A DNA stretch of 64,000 bases from an uncultured delta proteobacterium (lineage in GTDB: Bacteria; Desulfobacterota; Binatia; UBA9968). The notes beneath the pieces are model-generated. The model ran no database searches. It worked only from the letters and a program-made list of their open reading frames with translations, and was not told the origin of the DNA. The stretch spans positions 160,001 to 224,000 of the forward strand of contig CAWFJP010000002.1 in assembly GCA_963816145.1 (NCBI GenBank). Direction: 5' to 3'. Below, piece by piece: positions 18,097-28,066 of this stretch (positions are counted from its first letter, which is position 1; each line of letters opens with the position of its first letter). The position numbers and the translations under genes are program-made.

Positions 18097-19470
18097 ATGG
18101 CGGGCAAAATCGAAATCATGGAAACAGTCTTGCGTGACGCGCACCAGTGTTTGGTCGCGACGCGCATGCCGACCGAAGACATGCTGCCGATCGCAGCGGC
18201 GCTCGACGATGTCGGCTACTGGTCGCTGGAGACCTGGGGCGGCGCGACTTTCGATGCGACGCTGCGCTATCTGAAAGAATGCCCCTGGGAGCGCTTGCGC
18301 AAACTGCGCGCGGCCATGCCCAAGACCCGCTTTCAGATGCTTTTGCGCGGGCAAAATGTGGTCGGCTATAAAAACTACCCCGACGATATCGTCCAAGCCT
18401 TCGTGCAACGCGCTGCCGCCAACGGCATCGACGTGTTTCGCATCTTCGACGCCATGAACGATGTGCGCAACATGAAGACCGCCATCGAAGCCGGTCTCAA
18501 GACCGGCAAACTGGTCGAAGGCGGGGTCTGTTACACCATCAGTCCCGTGCACTCGCCAGATTATTTCCTGCATGTGGCGGAAAAGCTCGCCGATATGGGT
18601 GTGCAGATTATCTGCCTCAAAGACATGGGCGGATTGCTGGCACCTTACGCGGCTTATGAGATCATCAAGAAGATCAAGTCGCGCATCGCGCTGCCGCTGC
18701 ATTTGCATTCACACTGCACCGCCGGTTTGGCGCAGATGACTTACATGATGGCCATCGAGGCGGGCGCGGATATTCTCGATACGGCGATTTCGCCGTTCTC
18801 CCAAGGCACGTCCCAGCCGGCCACCGAGCAGATCGTCGCGGCGCTCATGGGCACGCCGCACGACACCGGACTGGATCTCGCCAAGCTCGCCAAGATCGCC
18901 GAGTATTTTTACCGCATCCGGCCGAATTACCGTGAGTTCGAGAGTCCGGTGAACAATCAAATCAAACCCGATGTTCTGATCTCGCAGATCCCCGGCGGCA
19001 TGCTCTCCAACCTGGTCGCGCAACTGCGCCAGCAAAAGGCCGAGGACAAGCTCGAAGCGGTGCTCGCCGAGATGCCCCATGTGCGCAAAGATTTAGGTTA
19101 TCCGCCGTTGGTGACGCCGACCAGTCAAATGGTTGGAGCCCAAGCTGCGCTCAACGTCATGACCGGCAAACGCTACTCCGTGGTCGCCATGGAGACCAGA
19201 AACTATGTCATGGGGCTATACGGCGAAGCGCCGGGCAAGATCGCTGAAGAGATCAAAGAAAAGGTGCTCGGCAAAAAAGAGCCGATAACCTGCCGTCCAG
19301 CGGATTTGCTGAAACCCGGGCTGGAAAAAGCCCGCAGCGAAGCCGGCAGCATGGCCAAGAGCGAAGAGGACGTGCTCACCTACGCGCTGTTTCCGGATAT
19401 CGCGAAGGATTACTTTCTGCACCGAGACAGTGGTGAGGGAATACAGCAGGCAGCTGGCCTAAGCCAATAG
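18097..19470 (+). CDS. Pyruvate/oxaloacetate carboxyltransferase (PycB/OadA/5S-type) without a biotinyl domain
   Basis: LRDAHQ, WGGATFD, QMLLRGQN, KDMGGLL, HLHSHCT, QIPGGMLSNL, PPLVTPTSQ; no AMKM biotin motif. Confidence 0.9.
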   Translation: MAGKIEIMETVLRDAHQCLVATRMPTEDMLPIAAALDDVGYWSLETWGGATFDATLRYLKECPWERLRKLRAAMPKTRFQMLLRGQNVVGYKNYPDDIVQAFVQRAAANGIDVFRIFDAMNDVRNMKTAIEAGLKTGKLVEGGVCYTISPVHSPDYFLHVAEKLADMGVQIICLKDMGGLLAPYAAYEIIKKIKSRIALPLHLHSHCTAGLAQMTYMMAIEAGADILDTAISPFSQGTSQPATEQIVAALMGTPHDTGLDLAKLAKIAEYFYRIRPNYREFESPVNNQIKPDVLISQIPGGMLSNLVAQLRQQKAEDKLEAVLAEMPHVRKDLGYPPLVTPTSQMVGAQAALNVMTGKRYSVVAMETRNYVMGLYGEAPGKIAEEIKEKVLGKKEPITCRPADLLKPGLEKARSEAGSMAKSEEDVLTYALFPDIAKDYFLHRDSGEGIQQAAGLSQ

Positions 19471-19528
19471 CAAATGCTTCTTGTCGGGAGTATTGCCATC
19501 CCGTCGCCTGCAATGGGCAGTTACCTGC

Positions 19529-20428
19529 CTAGATTATCTTATTTAGCGGATATTCGATAATTCCCACGGCTCCGGCTTCGATCAACTTCGGTATTAGATC
19601 GCGCACTTTGGTTTCTTCAAGCACGCTTTCGATGGAATACCACTTAACGCCTTTCAAATTGGGCGAAGGGTGGAGCGTCGCTACCGTAGGTGCGGTGATA
19701 CTGGGAATCAACTCAACAACTTTCTCCAGGCTGCCTTCGGGAACGTTGAGTTTGATGCCGACTTTGTTTTCGGCCGAGAGCGCGCCCAGTAAGAGCATTT
19801 TGATCTGCTCGATCTTGGCTCGCTTCCACGGGTCCTGCCAGGCGGTTTTATTAGCGATCAGTTGCGGGCAGGACTCCATGAGTTCATGGATGATGTGCAG
19901 GCCGGCGGCGCGGATGGTGGTGCCGGTCTCGGTAACTTCGACGATCGCATCGACGAGTCCCTCGGCGGCTTTCGCTTCGGTGGCGCCCCAGGAAAATTCC
20001 ACTTCCACGGGAATGTTCCGCTCGGCAAAATAGCGCTTGGTGAAGTTCACCATCTCGGTGGAAATCCGCTTGCCCTTGAGGTCTTCGATTTTCTTGACTG
20101 GCGATTCGCGCGGCACCGCCACGACCCAGCGGGTCGGGCGAAAGCTGGTTTTTGAATAAACCATCTCGCAGACGACTTGGATATCGGAGTTGTTTTCGAT
20201 CGTCCAGTCTTTGCCGGTGATCGCGACATCGAGGGTGCCCATCTCGACGTAGCGCGACATTTCTTGCGGGCGCGCCAGGCTGCAACGGATCTCCGCGTCG
20301 TCGATCGTCGGAAAGTAGCTTCTGCTGGACGATGAAATCTTCCAACCGGATTTTTTGAAGAGCTCGATGGTCATGCCTTCGAGGCTGCCTTTGGGGATGC
20401 CCAACTTGAGTTCTTTCTCGCCAGCCAT
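19529..20428 (-). CDS. hisG: ATP phosphoribosyltransferase (long form)
   Basis: [27 protein letters not shown]-terminal regulatory domain. Confidence 0.95.
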   Translation of the reverse strand: MAGEKELKLGIPKGSLEGMTIELFKKSGWKISSSSRSYFPTIDDAEIRCSLARPQEMSRYVEMGTLDVAITGKDWTIENNSDIQVVCEMVYSKTSFRPTRWVVAVPRESPVKKIEDLKGKRISTEMVNFTKRYFAERNIPVEVEFSWGATEAKAAEGLVDAIVEVTETGTTIRAAGLHIIHELMESCPQLIANKTAWQDPWKRAKIEQIKMLLLGALSAENKVGIKLNVPEGSLEKVVELIPSITAPTVATLHPSPNLKGVKWYSIESVLEETKVRDLIPKLIEAGAVGIIEYPLNKII

Positions 20429-20443
20429 ATGAAAGCCTTGTTC

Positions 20444-20827
20444 TTACTTTTTGTAAACTTCCTTGGGATCGAAGACGCGTTCGCCAATGACTTTCCAGTC
20501 GGCGCCCGCGCGTTGGCGGAAAAAACAGCTCTTGTAACCCTCGTGGCAGGCGGCGCCGCCGACCTGATGGACTTGAATCAAGATGGTGTCGGTATCGCAG
20601 TCGATAAAGGCGTCTTTAACTTCTTGAAAGTTGCCGGATTCCTCGCCCTTGAACCATGGGCCTTTGCGCGAACGGCTGTAGTAATGGGCTTTGCCGGTTT
20701 CCTGCGTTTTCTGCCACGCTTCCTCGTTCATGTAGGCGACCATCAGCACTTCGCGGCTTTCATGGTCCTGGACGATCACCGGCACCAAGCCATTGCCCTT
20801 GGCAAAATCGATTTTTACTTCCGACAT
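20444..20827 (-). CDS. hisI: Phosphoribosyl-AMP cyclohydrolase
   Basis: [37 protein letters not shown]. Confidence 0.95.
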   Translation of the reverse strand: MSEVKIDFAKGNGLVPVIVQDHESREVLMVAYMNEEAWQKTQETGKAHYYSRSRKGPWFKGEESGNFQEVKDAFIDCDTDTILIQVHQVGGAACHEGYKSCFFRQRAGADWKVIGERVFDPKEVYKK

Positions 20828-20898
20828 GGGAATTTTCTCCGAAACTGTTTAGCTAACATAGATGGGGGGGGGCTTCAACCAAAAGACGGAAAGGTGGA

Positions 20899-20990
20899 AA
20901 GGCAATAGGCATTAGGCATTAGGCACTAGAAAGACTCGCTCGACGGTTTCCGGTTCTTGCCATTGCCTATTGCCTAGTGCCTCATGCCTT
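20899..20990. repeat. Inverted tandem heptamer repeat hairpin
   Basis: (aggcaat/aggcatt)n facing (tgcctat/tgcctag)n; same family as 60556-60651. Confidence 0.75.
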
Positions 20991-20998
20991 CCCATAGA

Positions 20999-21028
20999 TT
21001 GACTGCCCATCGTGCTGGGTTGTAAGAT
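20999..21028 (+). promoter_or_regulatory. Putative sigma-70 promoter of the cutA-NUDIX gene, possibly leaderless
   Basis: TTGACT-18 nt-TAAGAT, 8 nt before the ATG at 21037. Confidence 0.45.
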
Positions 21029-21036
21029 TGCCAGTA

Positions 21037-21846
21037 ATGTCGGAATTGATCGTAGTTTATGTAACCGTGGGGTCGGGCGAGGAGGCGGACCGCATGGCTC
21101 AAGCTTTGGTCGGCGAGCAGTTGGCTGCTTGCGTCAACCGGGTGCGCTCGATTCAGTCGGTGTACCGCTGGCAGGGCAAGGTCGAGCAGAACGACGAAGA
21201 ACTGTTGATCATCAAGACTCGCCGGCAGCTTTTCCCGGCTTTAGAAAAGCGTGTTAAAGAGCTGCACAGCTATTCGATTCCCGAGATTATTGGATTGCCG
21301 ATCATCGAGGGCAGCGCGGACTACTTAACTTGGCTGCGCGAGCAGGCCTTGGCCAAGCCGCCGCAGGAGGAAAATATCCGCACGGTTAGAGAGGTCTCTG
21401 CCGGCGGAGTGATCTACCGGCGCAGCGGCGAGTTGGCCGAAGTCGCACTCATTCATGTGCGCAACCGTTGGGGTTTGCCCAAGGGGCATGTCGAGGAAGG
21501 CGAGCGGGTGGAGGAAACGGCGCTGCGCGAGGTGCGCGAAGAGACCGGTCTTGAAGGCAAACTGGTGCGTAAGCTGGGCGACATTCGCTACTCCTACCGC
21601 GATAAATCCAAAGAGGGCGAGCCGATCCGGATTTACAAGCGGGTGCATTTCTATCTAATGCGTTATGTGCGCGGCGATGTGCGCGATCACGATCATGAGT
21701 CTGACGATGCCCGCTGGTTCGCCATTGAGCAGGCGATGAAGCAGCTCAAATTCGCCACCGAACGCAAGATGGTGTACCGCGCCATGACCATGCTGACGGC
21801 GCGCCCGGCGGCGCCGCAAATCCCGGCTGCGGAAGGCGGCGCCTAA
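21037..21846 (+). CDS. CutA1 divalent-cation tolerance domain fused to a NUDIX hydrolase
   Basis: CutA motifs LAACVN, SVYRWQG, LHSYSIPEII; Nudix box GHVEEGERVEETALREVREETG. Confidence 0.85.
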   Translation: MSELIVVYVTVGSGEEADRMAQALVGEQLAACVNRVRSIQSVYRWQGKVEQNDEELLIIKTRRQLFPALEKRVKELHSYSIPEIIGLPIIEGSADYLTWLREQALAKPPQEENIRTVREVSAGGVIYRRSGELAEVALIHVRNRWGLPKGHVEEGERVEETALREVREETGLEGKLVRKLGDIRYSYRDKSKEGEPIRIYKRVHFYLMRYVRGDVRDHDHESDDARWFAIEQAMKQLKFATERKMVYRAMTMLTARPAAPQIPAAEGGA

Positions 21847-21928
21847 GCCGCAGCAAAAAATCTGTCAAACTTGCGGTTTTCATGTTATGGGCTAGCTAAC
21901 GACGTAGCCTCTTCGAGAATTTCTTACG

Positions 21929-23302
21929 ATGGCTGGTGAATCGACTGGTGTGACGTTTTCCGTGCCTTATGAAATGGCGGTGGTGCGGCCGTTGCGGCAA
22001 ACCACCGAACAGGAGCGGCAAACCGCTCTGGCCGAAGCCCACTACAACACCGAGCTCATTTCGCAGGAGCTCATTTATATCGACTTATCGACCGATAGCG
22101 GCGTGAGCGCGCGCAGCACCGCACAACTGGCGGTATCGGCGGCGGCGAATTCCGTCGAACCCGGCATGGGCCTGGCTTCGGAAGGAAGCGCTGCTCATGC
22201 CCGGCTCGCCGCAGAGGTTCAGCGATATTTCGGCTTCGATTACTTTGTGCCGACGACCCAGGGGCGCTCGGCGGAACGGATCTGGGTCAAGATCAATGTT
22301 AAACCCGGCAGCATCGTCGCCGGCAACATGCTGTTCCCGTCGACGCGCACGCATATCGAGATGAGCGGAGCGCAGATCACCGACGTGATCGGCGACGACG
22401 CTCACGATTTTCTTTCCGACGAGCCGTTCAAAGGGAATATCGATATTGCGAAGCTTGAAAGCCTGATCCAGAAAAAGGGCGCCGGGCAGATCAGCTGCAT
22501 TTATGTCGAACTGAGCGTCAATTCCTGCGGCGGCCATCCGGTGTCGCTGGCGAATCTCAGAGCCGTCCGGGAGATCGCGTCGGCGCACAAGATTCCGCTC
22601 TTTCTCGACGCCTGCCGAATCCTTGAGAACAGCATTCTCATAAAAGAGCGAGAAGCGGAGTTCCGGCAGCGGACGCTCGCAGAGATCGTGCGGGAAACCT
22701 GCGCCCTGGCTGATGGCGGAACCATGAGCGCGCTCAAAGATTTTCTCGTCGGCGCCGGCGGTTTTGTTTTTACCCGCGACCGCGCGAGTTACCAGAAGGC
22801 GGCGATGCAAAGTTTTCTTGACGGCGTCCAGCTTCCCGCCGGCGATATGGAATCGATCGCAGTGGCGCTGCCGGATATTTTTGCCAGCGACGCGCACGCG
22901 AAACAACGGGTAGAACAGGTGAAATATCTTTGGGGCAAACTCGCTGACGCCTTGCCGGTCCTGCGCCCGGCGGGCGGGCACGCCGTGTTCATCGATCTCA
23001 AGATGTTCTTCGCCGGGAACTCGCCGCCAGCCTTCGGCGCCGAAGCCCTGGCCGCTTATGTTTATCTAAAGAGCGGTATTCGCCTCACCAAGGGGCCGCC
23101 TTTGGCGCCAAGCCAAGCGGCCCGCGGCGCTGAGCTCTTGCGCCTCGCCGTGCCGGCGCGGAAATATTTGAACGGCCATATGGATGACGTCGCCAACGCG
23201 CTGGGCGACGCGTACGCGCACCGGCATCAGATCCAAGGACTAAAAAAACTTGACGATCCCGCGCGGTCGAAATACGATCCGGCGCATTTCGTCAATTTAT
23301 GA
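21929..23302 (+). CDS. Divergent tryptophanase/tyrosine phenol-lyase family PLP enzyme
   Basis: IDLSTDSG, QGRSAE, FKGNID, GGHPVSLAN, DACR, MSALKD (PLP Lys), GGHAVFID, LRLAVPAR. Confidence 0.85.
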   Translation: MAGESTGVTFSVPYEMAVVRPLRQTTEQERQTALAEAHYNTELISQELIYIDLSTDSGVSARSTAQLAVSAAANSVEPGMGLASEGSAAHARLAAEVQRYFGFDYFVPTTQGRSAERIWVKINVKPGSIVAGNMLFPSTRTHIEMSGAQITDVIGDDAHDFLSDEPFKGNIDIAKLESLIQKKGAGQISCIYVELSVNSCGGHPVSLANLRAVREIASAHKIPLFLDACRILENSILIKEREAEFRQRTLAEIVRETCALADGGTMSALKDFLVGAGGFVFTRDRASYQKAAMQSFLDGVQLPAGDMESIAVALPDIFASDAHAKQRVEQVKYLWGKLADALPVLRPAGGHAVFIDLKMFFAGNSPPAFGAEALAAYVYLKSGIRLTKGPPLAPSQAARGAELLRLAVPARKYLNGHMDDVANALGDAYAHRHQIQGLKKLDDPARSKYDPAHFVNL

Positions 23303-25080
23303 ATCACCCTGATCTAGCCGCTACCGGCCGTCATGTCGGCCAAATCTTTTTCCAACGGGCCGCCGAGTTGGGCGACCGGACCTTTATCAAGCTGCAAAAA
23401 GGCGAGTGTTTCGAAGAGATCTCGTGGCGCGCGTTTGCCGCCATGGTGAGTCACGCCCTGCTCGGGTTATGCGGGCTCGGCATTTTGCCCGGTGATACGG
23501 TCGCAATCATCGGGGAAAATAGCTTGGCGTGGCTTGCCGCCGACATGGCGACGCTCGCCGGCGGATTTACCAACGTGGTCATCTCGCCCAGTCTTTCCGA
23601 TGTCATGTTCGCCAAGGTGCTCGGTCATGCCGGCTGCCGAGCCGCGTTTGTTCAAGATGCGATTACTGCCGGTCGCCTGCTCAATCTTCAGGGGCAGTTG
23701 CCGGCGTTGCAGCAGTTGATCGTCCTGGACGACAGCGGTGCGTCTGTGCCCAATGCGCTCAACTTCAATCAGCTTGCTGCAATGGGTGCTGCCGCCGGCG
23801 GCGGTCGATCCGCCACGCTTGTCGAAGCGGTGCATGGCGGCGATTTGGCGACGATCATGTATACCTCCGGTTCGACCGGTGAGCCCAAGGGAGTCATGCG
23901 CACCCAAGACAACCTGATCGCCAATATAACCAACGGCGGCCCCCTTACCGTCAGCGGCCCGGAGGAATTGACGGTTAACGTGCTCAGTTTAAATCATCTG
24001 TTCGGCCGCTTCGGCTTTCTCAAAAGCGCCGTGACCGGCCGAACCACGGCGCTCGTCGAGGCGGCGGAGACACGAGTAGACTTACCCGTGATCGAACAGC
24101 TGGCGCCGACGGCGTTGGCCGTAGTGCCGCGGGTGATGGAAGGGATTTGGGCTAGTCTGCTGGCTCAGGACGGCGCGCAACAATTGTGGGACGAGTTGGA
24201 AAATCTTGACGCCAAGATGTCTGCTGGCGCGGTCAGCGATCGCGCGACCAGTCACGTTGAGGAATTGAAAGGCCAACTCAAAGTGATCGTTCGCCGCGCC
24301 CTCGGCGGACGGATCCGGTATATCGCCTATGCCGGCGCGGCCATGCCGCCGCGGATCATGCGATTTTTCGAGTTGATCGGCATCCCGCTGATTGGCTCCT
24401 ACGGCTCCACCGAGTGCGGCGGGGTGACTCTCTGCGGCATCGGCGAGAACCGTCCGGGCAACCTGGGCAAGCCGTTCGCCAATGTGCAAATTAGCATCGC
24501 CGCCGACGGTGAGATCCTTGTGCGTGGTCCCACCGTATCGCCGGGCTATTTCAAAAATCCCGAAGCCACTCGCGAGGCGTTCGACGAAGAAGGCTGGTAT
24601 CACACCGGCGATTTAGGCCGCCTCGAAGCCGATGGATCGCTGCGTATCACCGGCCGGAAGAAAGATGTCTTCAACTGCGCGGATGGCTCGAACATCTATC
24701 CCGGCTTCATCGAACTACAGCTAGAAAACGAGCCCTTTATCAGCCAAGCGGTGTTGCTGGGCGATCGCCGGCCGTTTATCGCGGCGTTGATTTTTCCCGA
24801 CCGCCAAAGGATTACCGAATCGCTCGGTCGTGATATAGCATTTTTGTCGGACGCGGAAATCACCGCGGCATTGTGGCCGCAGATCGAGCGCGTCAATGGC
24901 CGCCTCGAAGCGCACGAACGGATTCGTCAGATCGTCGTTATGCCCAGCGGGTTTTCCGCCGAGGTCAGGAGTATCAACCATTTTCAAAAGATCAAAGTGA
25001 ATCGCGAACAGGTCGCGGCGCGCTTTCGGCAACAGATCGACGCTATTTATGCGACGGCGCCGGCGGGAGGACAACATTGA
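23299..25080 (+). CDS. Long-chain acyl-CoA synthetase family AMP-binding enzyme
   Basis: YTSGSTGEPKG, YGSTE, WYHTGDLG, ITGRKKD; ATGA overlap with the upstream gene. Confidence 0.9.
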   Translation: MNHPDLAATGRHVGQIFFQRAAELGDRTFIKLQKGECFEEISWRAFAAMVSHALLGLCGLGILPGDTVAIIGENSLAWLAADMATLAGGFTNVVISPSLSDVMFAKVLGHAGCRAAFVQDAITAGRLLNLQGQLPALQQLIVLDDSGASVPNALNFNQLAAMGAAAGGGRSATLVEAVHGGDLATIMYTSGSTGEPKGVMRTQDNLIANITNGGPLTVSGPEELTVNVLSLNHLFGRFGFLKSAVTGRTTALVEAAETRVDLPVIEQLAPTALAVVPRVMEGIWASLLAQDGAQQLWDELENLDAKMSAGAVSDRATSHVEELKGQLKVIVRRALGGRIRYIAYAGAAMPPRIMRFFELIGIPLIGSYGSTECGGVTLCGIGENRPGNLGKPFANVQISIAADGEILVRGPTVSPGYFKNPEATREAFDEEGWYHTGDLGRLEADGSLRITGRKKDVFNCADGSNIYPGFIELQLENEPFISQAVLLGDRRPFIAALIFPDRQRITESLGRDIAFLSDAEITAALWPQIERVNGRLEAHERIRQIVVMPSGFSAEVRSINHFQKIKVNREQVAARFRQQIDAIYATAPAGGQH

Positions 25081-25820
25081 GTCAGGTAGCTTTGATTACG
25101 GGCGGGGGCGGCGGCATCGGCGGCGCGGTGGCCCAGCGCATGGCCGCGGCGGGAATTATCGTCGTCATCGCCGATTACGATGGCGGCGCGGCGGAGCGAG
25201 TTAAGGGCGAGGTCGCCGCGGCCGGCGGCACAGCCGATGCTTTGGCGATCGACGTCACGGTGGCGCGCGAAGTCAAAGCGGTGGTCACCGATGTCGCCAA
25301 GCGCTATGGGCGCATCGATATCTTGGCAAACATCGCCGGCGGCAGCCGTTACACGAAACGAGTCGAAGAGTTTACCTGGGCCCAGTGGAAAGAGGTGATC
25401 GACGCCAATTTGAAAGGGACGTTTCTCATGTGCCGCGAAGTGGCGCCGATCATGCAGAAACAGAAGAGCGGACGAATCATCAACACGGCATCGAATTACG
25501 GCGTCACCGGATCGGCATTGCGCACGCCCTACGCCGCAGCCAAGGCCGGCATCATTACTTTCACCAAGTCTCTGGCCTTGGAGCTGGCGCCGGATCTCGT
25601 GCTCGCCAACACCGTCGCGCCGGGACCGACGGACACGCCGCGGGTGATGGAAAAGGAGTCCCCCGAAGCGCGCAAACAGCGCTGGTGGTCGCAGATCCCG
25701 CTCGGGCGCACGGCATTGCCGGAAGATTTGGCCGAGATGTATTATTTTCTCACCACGCCGGAGAGCGCAGCGATCACCGGACAAACCTTTCACGTCAACG
25801 GCGGGGTGGTGATGCCATGA
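25077..25820 (+). CDS. SDR family oxidoreductase
   Basis: TTG start overlapping the upstream TGA; TGGGGGIG, YAAAK, PGPTDT. Confidence 0.9.
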   Translation: MSQVALITGGGGGIGGAVAQRMAAAGIIVVIADYDGGAAERVKGEVAAAGGTADALAIDVTVAREVKAVVTDVAKRYGRIDILANIAGGSRYTKRVEEFTWAQWKEVIDANLKGTFLMCREVAPIMQKQKSGRIINTASNYGVTGSALRTPYAAAKAGIITFTKSLALELAPDLVLANTVAPGPTDTPRVMEKESPEARKQRWWSQIPLGRTALPEDLAEMYYFLTTPESAAITGQTFHVNGGVVMP

Positions 25821-26566
25821 GACTCAAGGATAAAGTTGCGGTAGTGACCGGCGCGGCGCAGGGCATCGGCCGGGCGACGGCGCTGATGATGGGGCGCGAA
25901 GGCGCGAAATTGGTGGTTGCGGATCTCCAGGGCGAGAAAGCGCAGTCGGTGGCCAATGAACTCGCGGCGCTGGGTGCCGAGTCGCTTGGCGTCGCCGTCG
26001 ATGTGGCGAGCGAAACGTCGGTCAAACAAATGGCCAAAGCGACCTTCGAGCGCTTTGGCCGCGTTGACATCCTCGCCAACATTGCGGGAATTTATTTTCC
26101 GAAAAAATCGGTGGTCGACCTGTCGGAAGAGGACTGGGACCGCACCATCAACATCAATCTCGGCAGCAATTTTCTCTGCTGCCGCGAATTCGTCCCAGCC
26201 ATGCGCAAGCAAAAAAGCGGGCGCATTATTAGCGTCGCCTCCGGCATCGGCCACTACGGTATGCGCCAGTTCTCCCATTACGCGGCCTCCAAGGCCGCCA
26301 TTATGGGGTTCGTCAAATCTCTTGCCCGTGAAGTCGGTCCGGATGGCATCACCGTCAACGCCATCTGCCCGGGCTCGGCCAACACCTCCATGCCGCGCCA
26401 GCATCGCTCCGAGGAAGAAGTCTTGGAGCGTCTGCAGGCCACGCCACTGCCGCATGTCCTCGAGCCCGAAGACATCGCCGGTTCCATCACGTTCCTCGCC
26501 AGCGACGCCGCGAAGTTCATCACCGGGCAGTCGTATAACATCAATAGCGGGACCTATATGTTTTGA
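25817..26566 (+). CDS. SDR family oxidoreductase
   Basis: ATGA overlap; TGAAQGIG, YAASK, NAICPG. Confidence 0.9.
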   Translation: MRLKDKVAVVTGAAQGIGRATALMMGREGAKLVVADLQGEKAQSVANELAALGAESLGVAVDVASETSVKQMAKATFERFGRVDILANIAGIYFPKKSVVDLSEEDWDRTININLGSNFLCCREFVPAMRKQKSGRIISVASGIGHYGMRQFSHYAASKAAIMGFVKSLAREVGPDGITVNAICPGSANTSMPRQHRSEEEVLERLQATPLPHVLEPEDIAGSITFLASDAAKFITGQSYNINSGTYMF

Positions 26567-26614
26567 GCACGGACACGCACCACGAAGGACCAATACCGCG
26601 TCGTTACAACCGAA

Positions 26615-26752
26615 ACTCGGAATATCTCTCGCAAAGACGCGAAGGCCGCAAAGGTCGGAATATAAGGGTGAAAATCATTCGTAAGAATGATTATCTTTCC
26701 GTTTCGAACTTGGCGACTTGGCGCCTTTGCGAGAGGAAATCTTGCTTCCGAG
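26615..26752. repeat. MITE-like dispersed element with terminal inverted repeats
   Basis: ctcggaatatctctcgcaaagacgcgaagg ... cttggcgacttggcgcctttgcgagaggaaatc..ttccgag; homologous copy at about 48797-48986. Confidence 0.65.
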
Positions 26753-26901
26753 TGGTTCCAGCTTTCAGATCATTTGCGCAGGCCGCGCAAATTGTGAGCT
26801 TGGGTAATACAAGGGCCACAAAGTATGGGCGCGATTCGTCGCGCCCACGGATCGCAGCCCGAGATTGATTAACCGCAAAGCACGAAAAGCGATGGGGAGC
26901 T

Positions 26902-27005
26902 GTCATTTCGACCGAAGGGAGAAATCTTTCTGAGATCCATCTCTCTTCTTTCGGCATGACGGCTGCGCTGAATTTGTCATTTTGAGCGCAGCGAGAAATC
27001 TCTTC
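26902..27005. repeat. REP-like GTCAT palindromes
   Basis: gtcatttcgaccgaagggagaaatct and gtcattttgagcgcagcgagaaatct. Confidence 0.7.
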
Positions 27006-27037
27006 GACTTCCAGCCGCGGGACGGCTACGGCACTGA

Positions 27038-27243
27038 ACCACGAAGTGTTCATGAGCTTACGCTCGTCTACAGAGTATGAAATTGCCGGCACCCCTCCAC
27101 AGGTTCTTTCATTGACCCGTCATGCAGGCGAGGCCGGCAGCCAAGGGAGGGAGGGGATGGATACCCGCTTTCGCGGGTATGATGGAGCTAGGCAATCTAG
27201 TGGTTCCGCAGATCATCTCCGGACGCGTATTCTCGACGGAGAG
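27038..27243 (+). repeat. Dispersed element of about 200 bp with an internal REP pair (copy A)
   Basis: accacgaagtg-tcatgagctt-cgtctacaga-tatgaaattg..., present in inverted orientation at 37198-37415. Confidence 0.75.
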
Positions 27244-27434
27244 ATTCTGGATTCTCTATCGGTAATAACCTAACCGCCTAACGTAAGGCGGTTAGGCTCA
27301 TGCCTCGGTCAAAAATTTCCAAACTGCGAATCGGTTTTACTGTCCAAGAACGGGAATTGTGCTACCGTCACGGTATCAACTGCCGTTATCTGTCACGACC
27401 GTAAGCGAAACAGCGGACGCAAAGGGGGATCGTT

Positions 27435-27986
27435 ATGGCTGCAAAAACAAACGAATTTGGTTTCGTCGAGTGCGCTGATCTGATCAACGGGCAGAAATAC
27501 GGTGCGGCGTTGAAAATATTTCAGCAAGCGGTGGCGAATTTCCTCGATGCCAAGACGACGCCCAAGCGCAGCGAGATCGCCCGGCAGTTGTTTCAGATCG
27601 GTTCAACCCTGGAGGAAACTTTGAAGCATGCCTTCGGCGATAAATGGGAGTCGCAGATTCCCCAATTCGCCGATGACAACAAGCTGCTCACCTGTTCTTT
27701 CTGCGGCAAGAATCAAAACGAAGTGGGCAAGCTAATCGCCGGCCCGTCGGTGCATATCTGCAACGAGTGTGTGCGCACCTGCGACGAAATCCTCACCAAG
27801 GAAAATATCGAGGAGACGGAAACCAAGTTGAAAGCCGCCGCCGGTGTGGCGGAAGAGCGGCTGTGCGGCATCTGCATGGAAGCGCGCGAGACCGACGAGC
27901 TGATCTTTTTGCCGCACGCGGCGTACATGTGCGCCAGCTGTTTGGAAGATATTCAACTCGTGCGCGACAAGCGCGAAGGGGCGTGA
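27435..27986 (+). CDS. ClpX C4-type zinc-finger protein with a second Cys4 motif and no AAA+ domain
   Basis: [27 protein letters not shown]; CGIC...CASC; purine-rich RBS. Confidence 0.75.
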   Translation: MAAKTNEFGFVECADLINGQKYGAALKIFQQAVANFLDAKTTPKRSEIARQLFQIGSTLEETLKHAFGDKWESQIPQFADDNKLLTCSFCGKNQNEVGKLIAGPSVHICNECVRTCDEILTKENIEETETKLKAAAGVAEERLCGICMEARETDELIFLPHAAYMCASCLEDIQLVRDKREGA

Positions 27987-28066
27987 AAGGCCCAATATGA
28001 TTGCACCGGAGATCTGCGATGCAGATTGAAGTCTACGTGTAACTTCCAATTCTATCCCGCCGACAG

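Noticed and set aside
27269-27296. Strong hairpin cctaaccgcct/aggcggttagg as an intrinsic terminator
   Set aside because: No U-tract on either side and far from a stop codon; function unassigned
27395-27430. GAAA...GGACGCAAAG resembling part of a c-di-GMP-I riboswitch
   Set aside because: The upstream GGCAAA element and the downstream P3 stem are missing; the motif runs straight into the RBS
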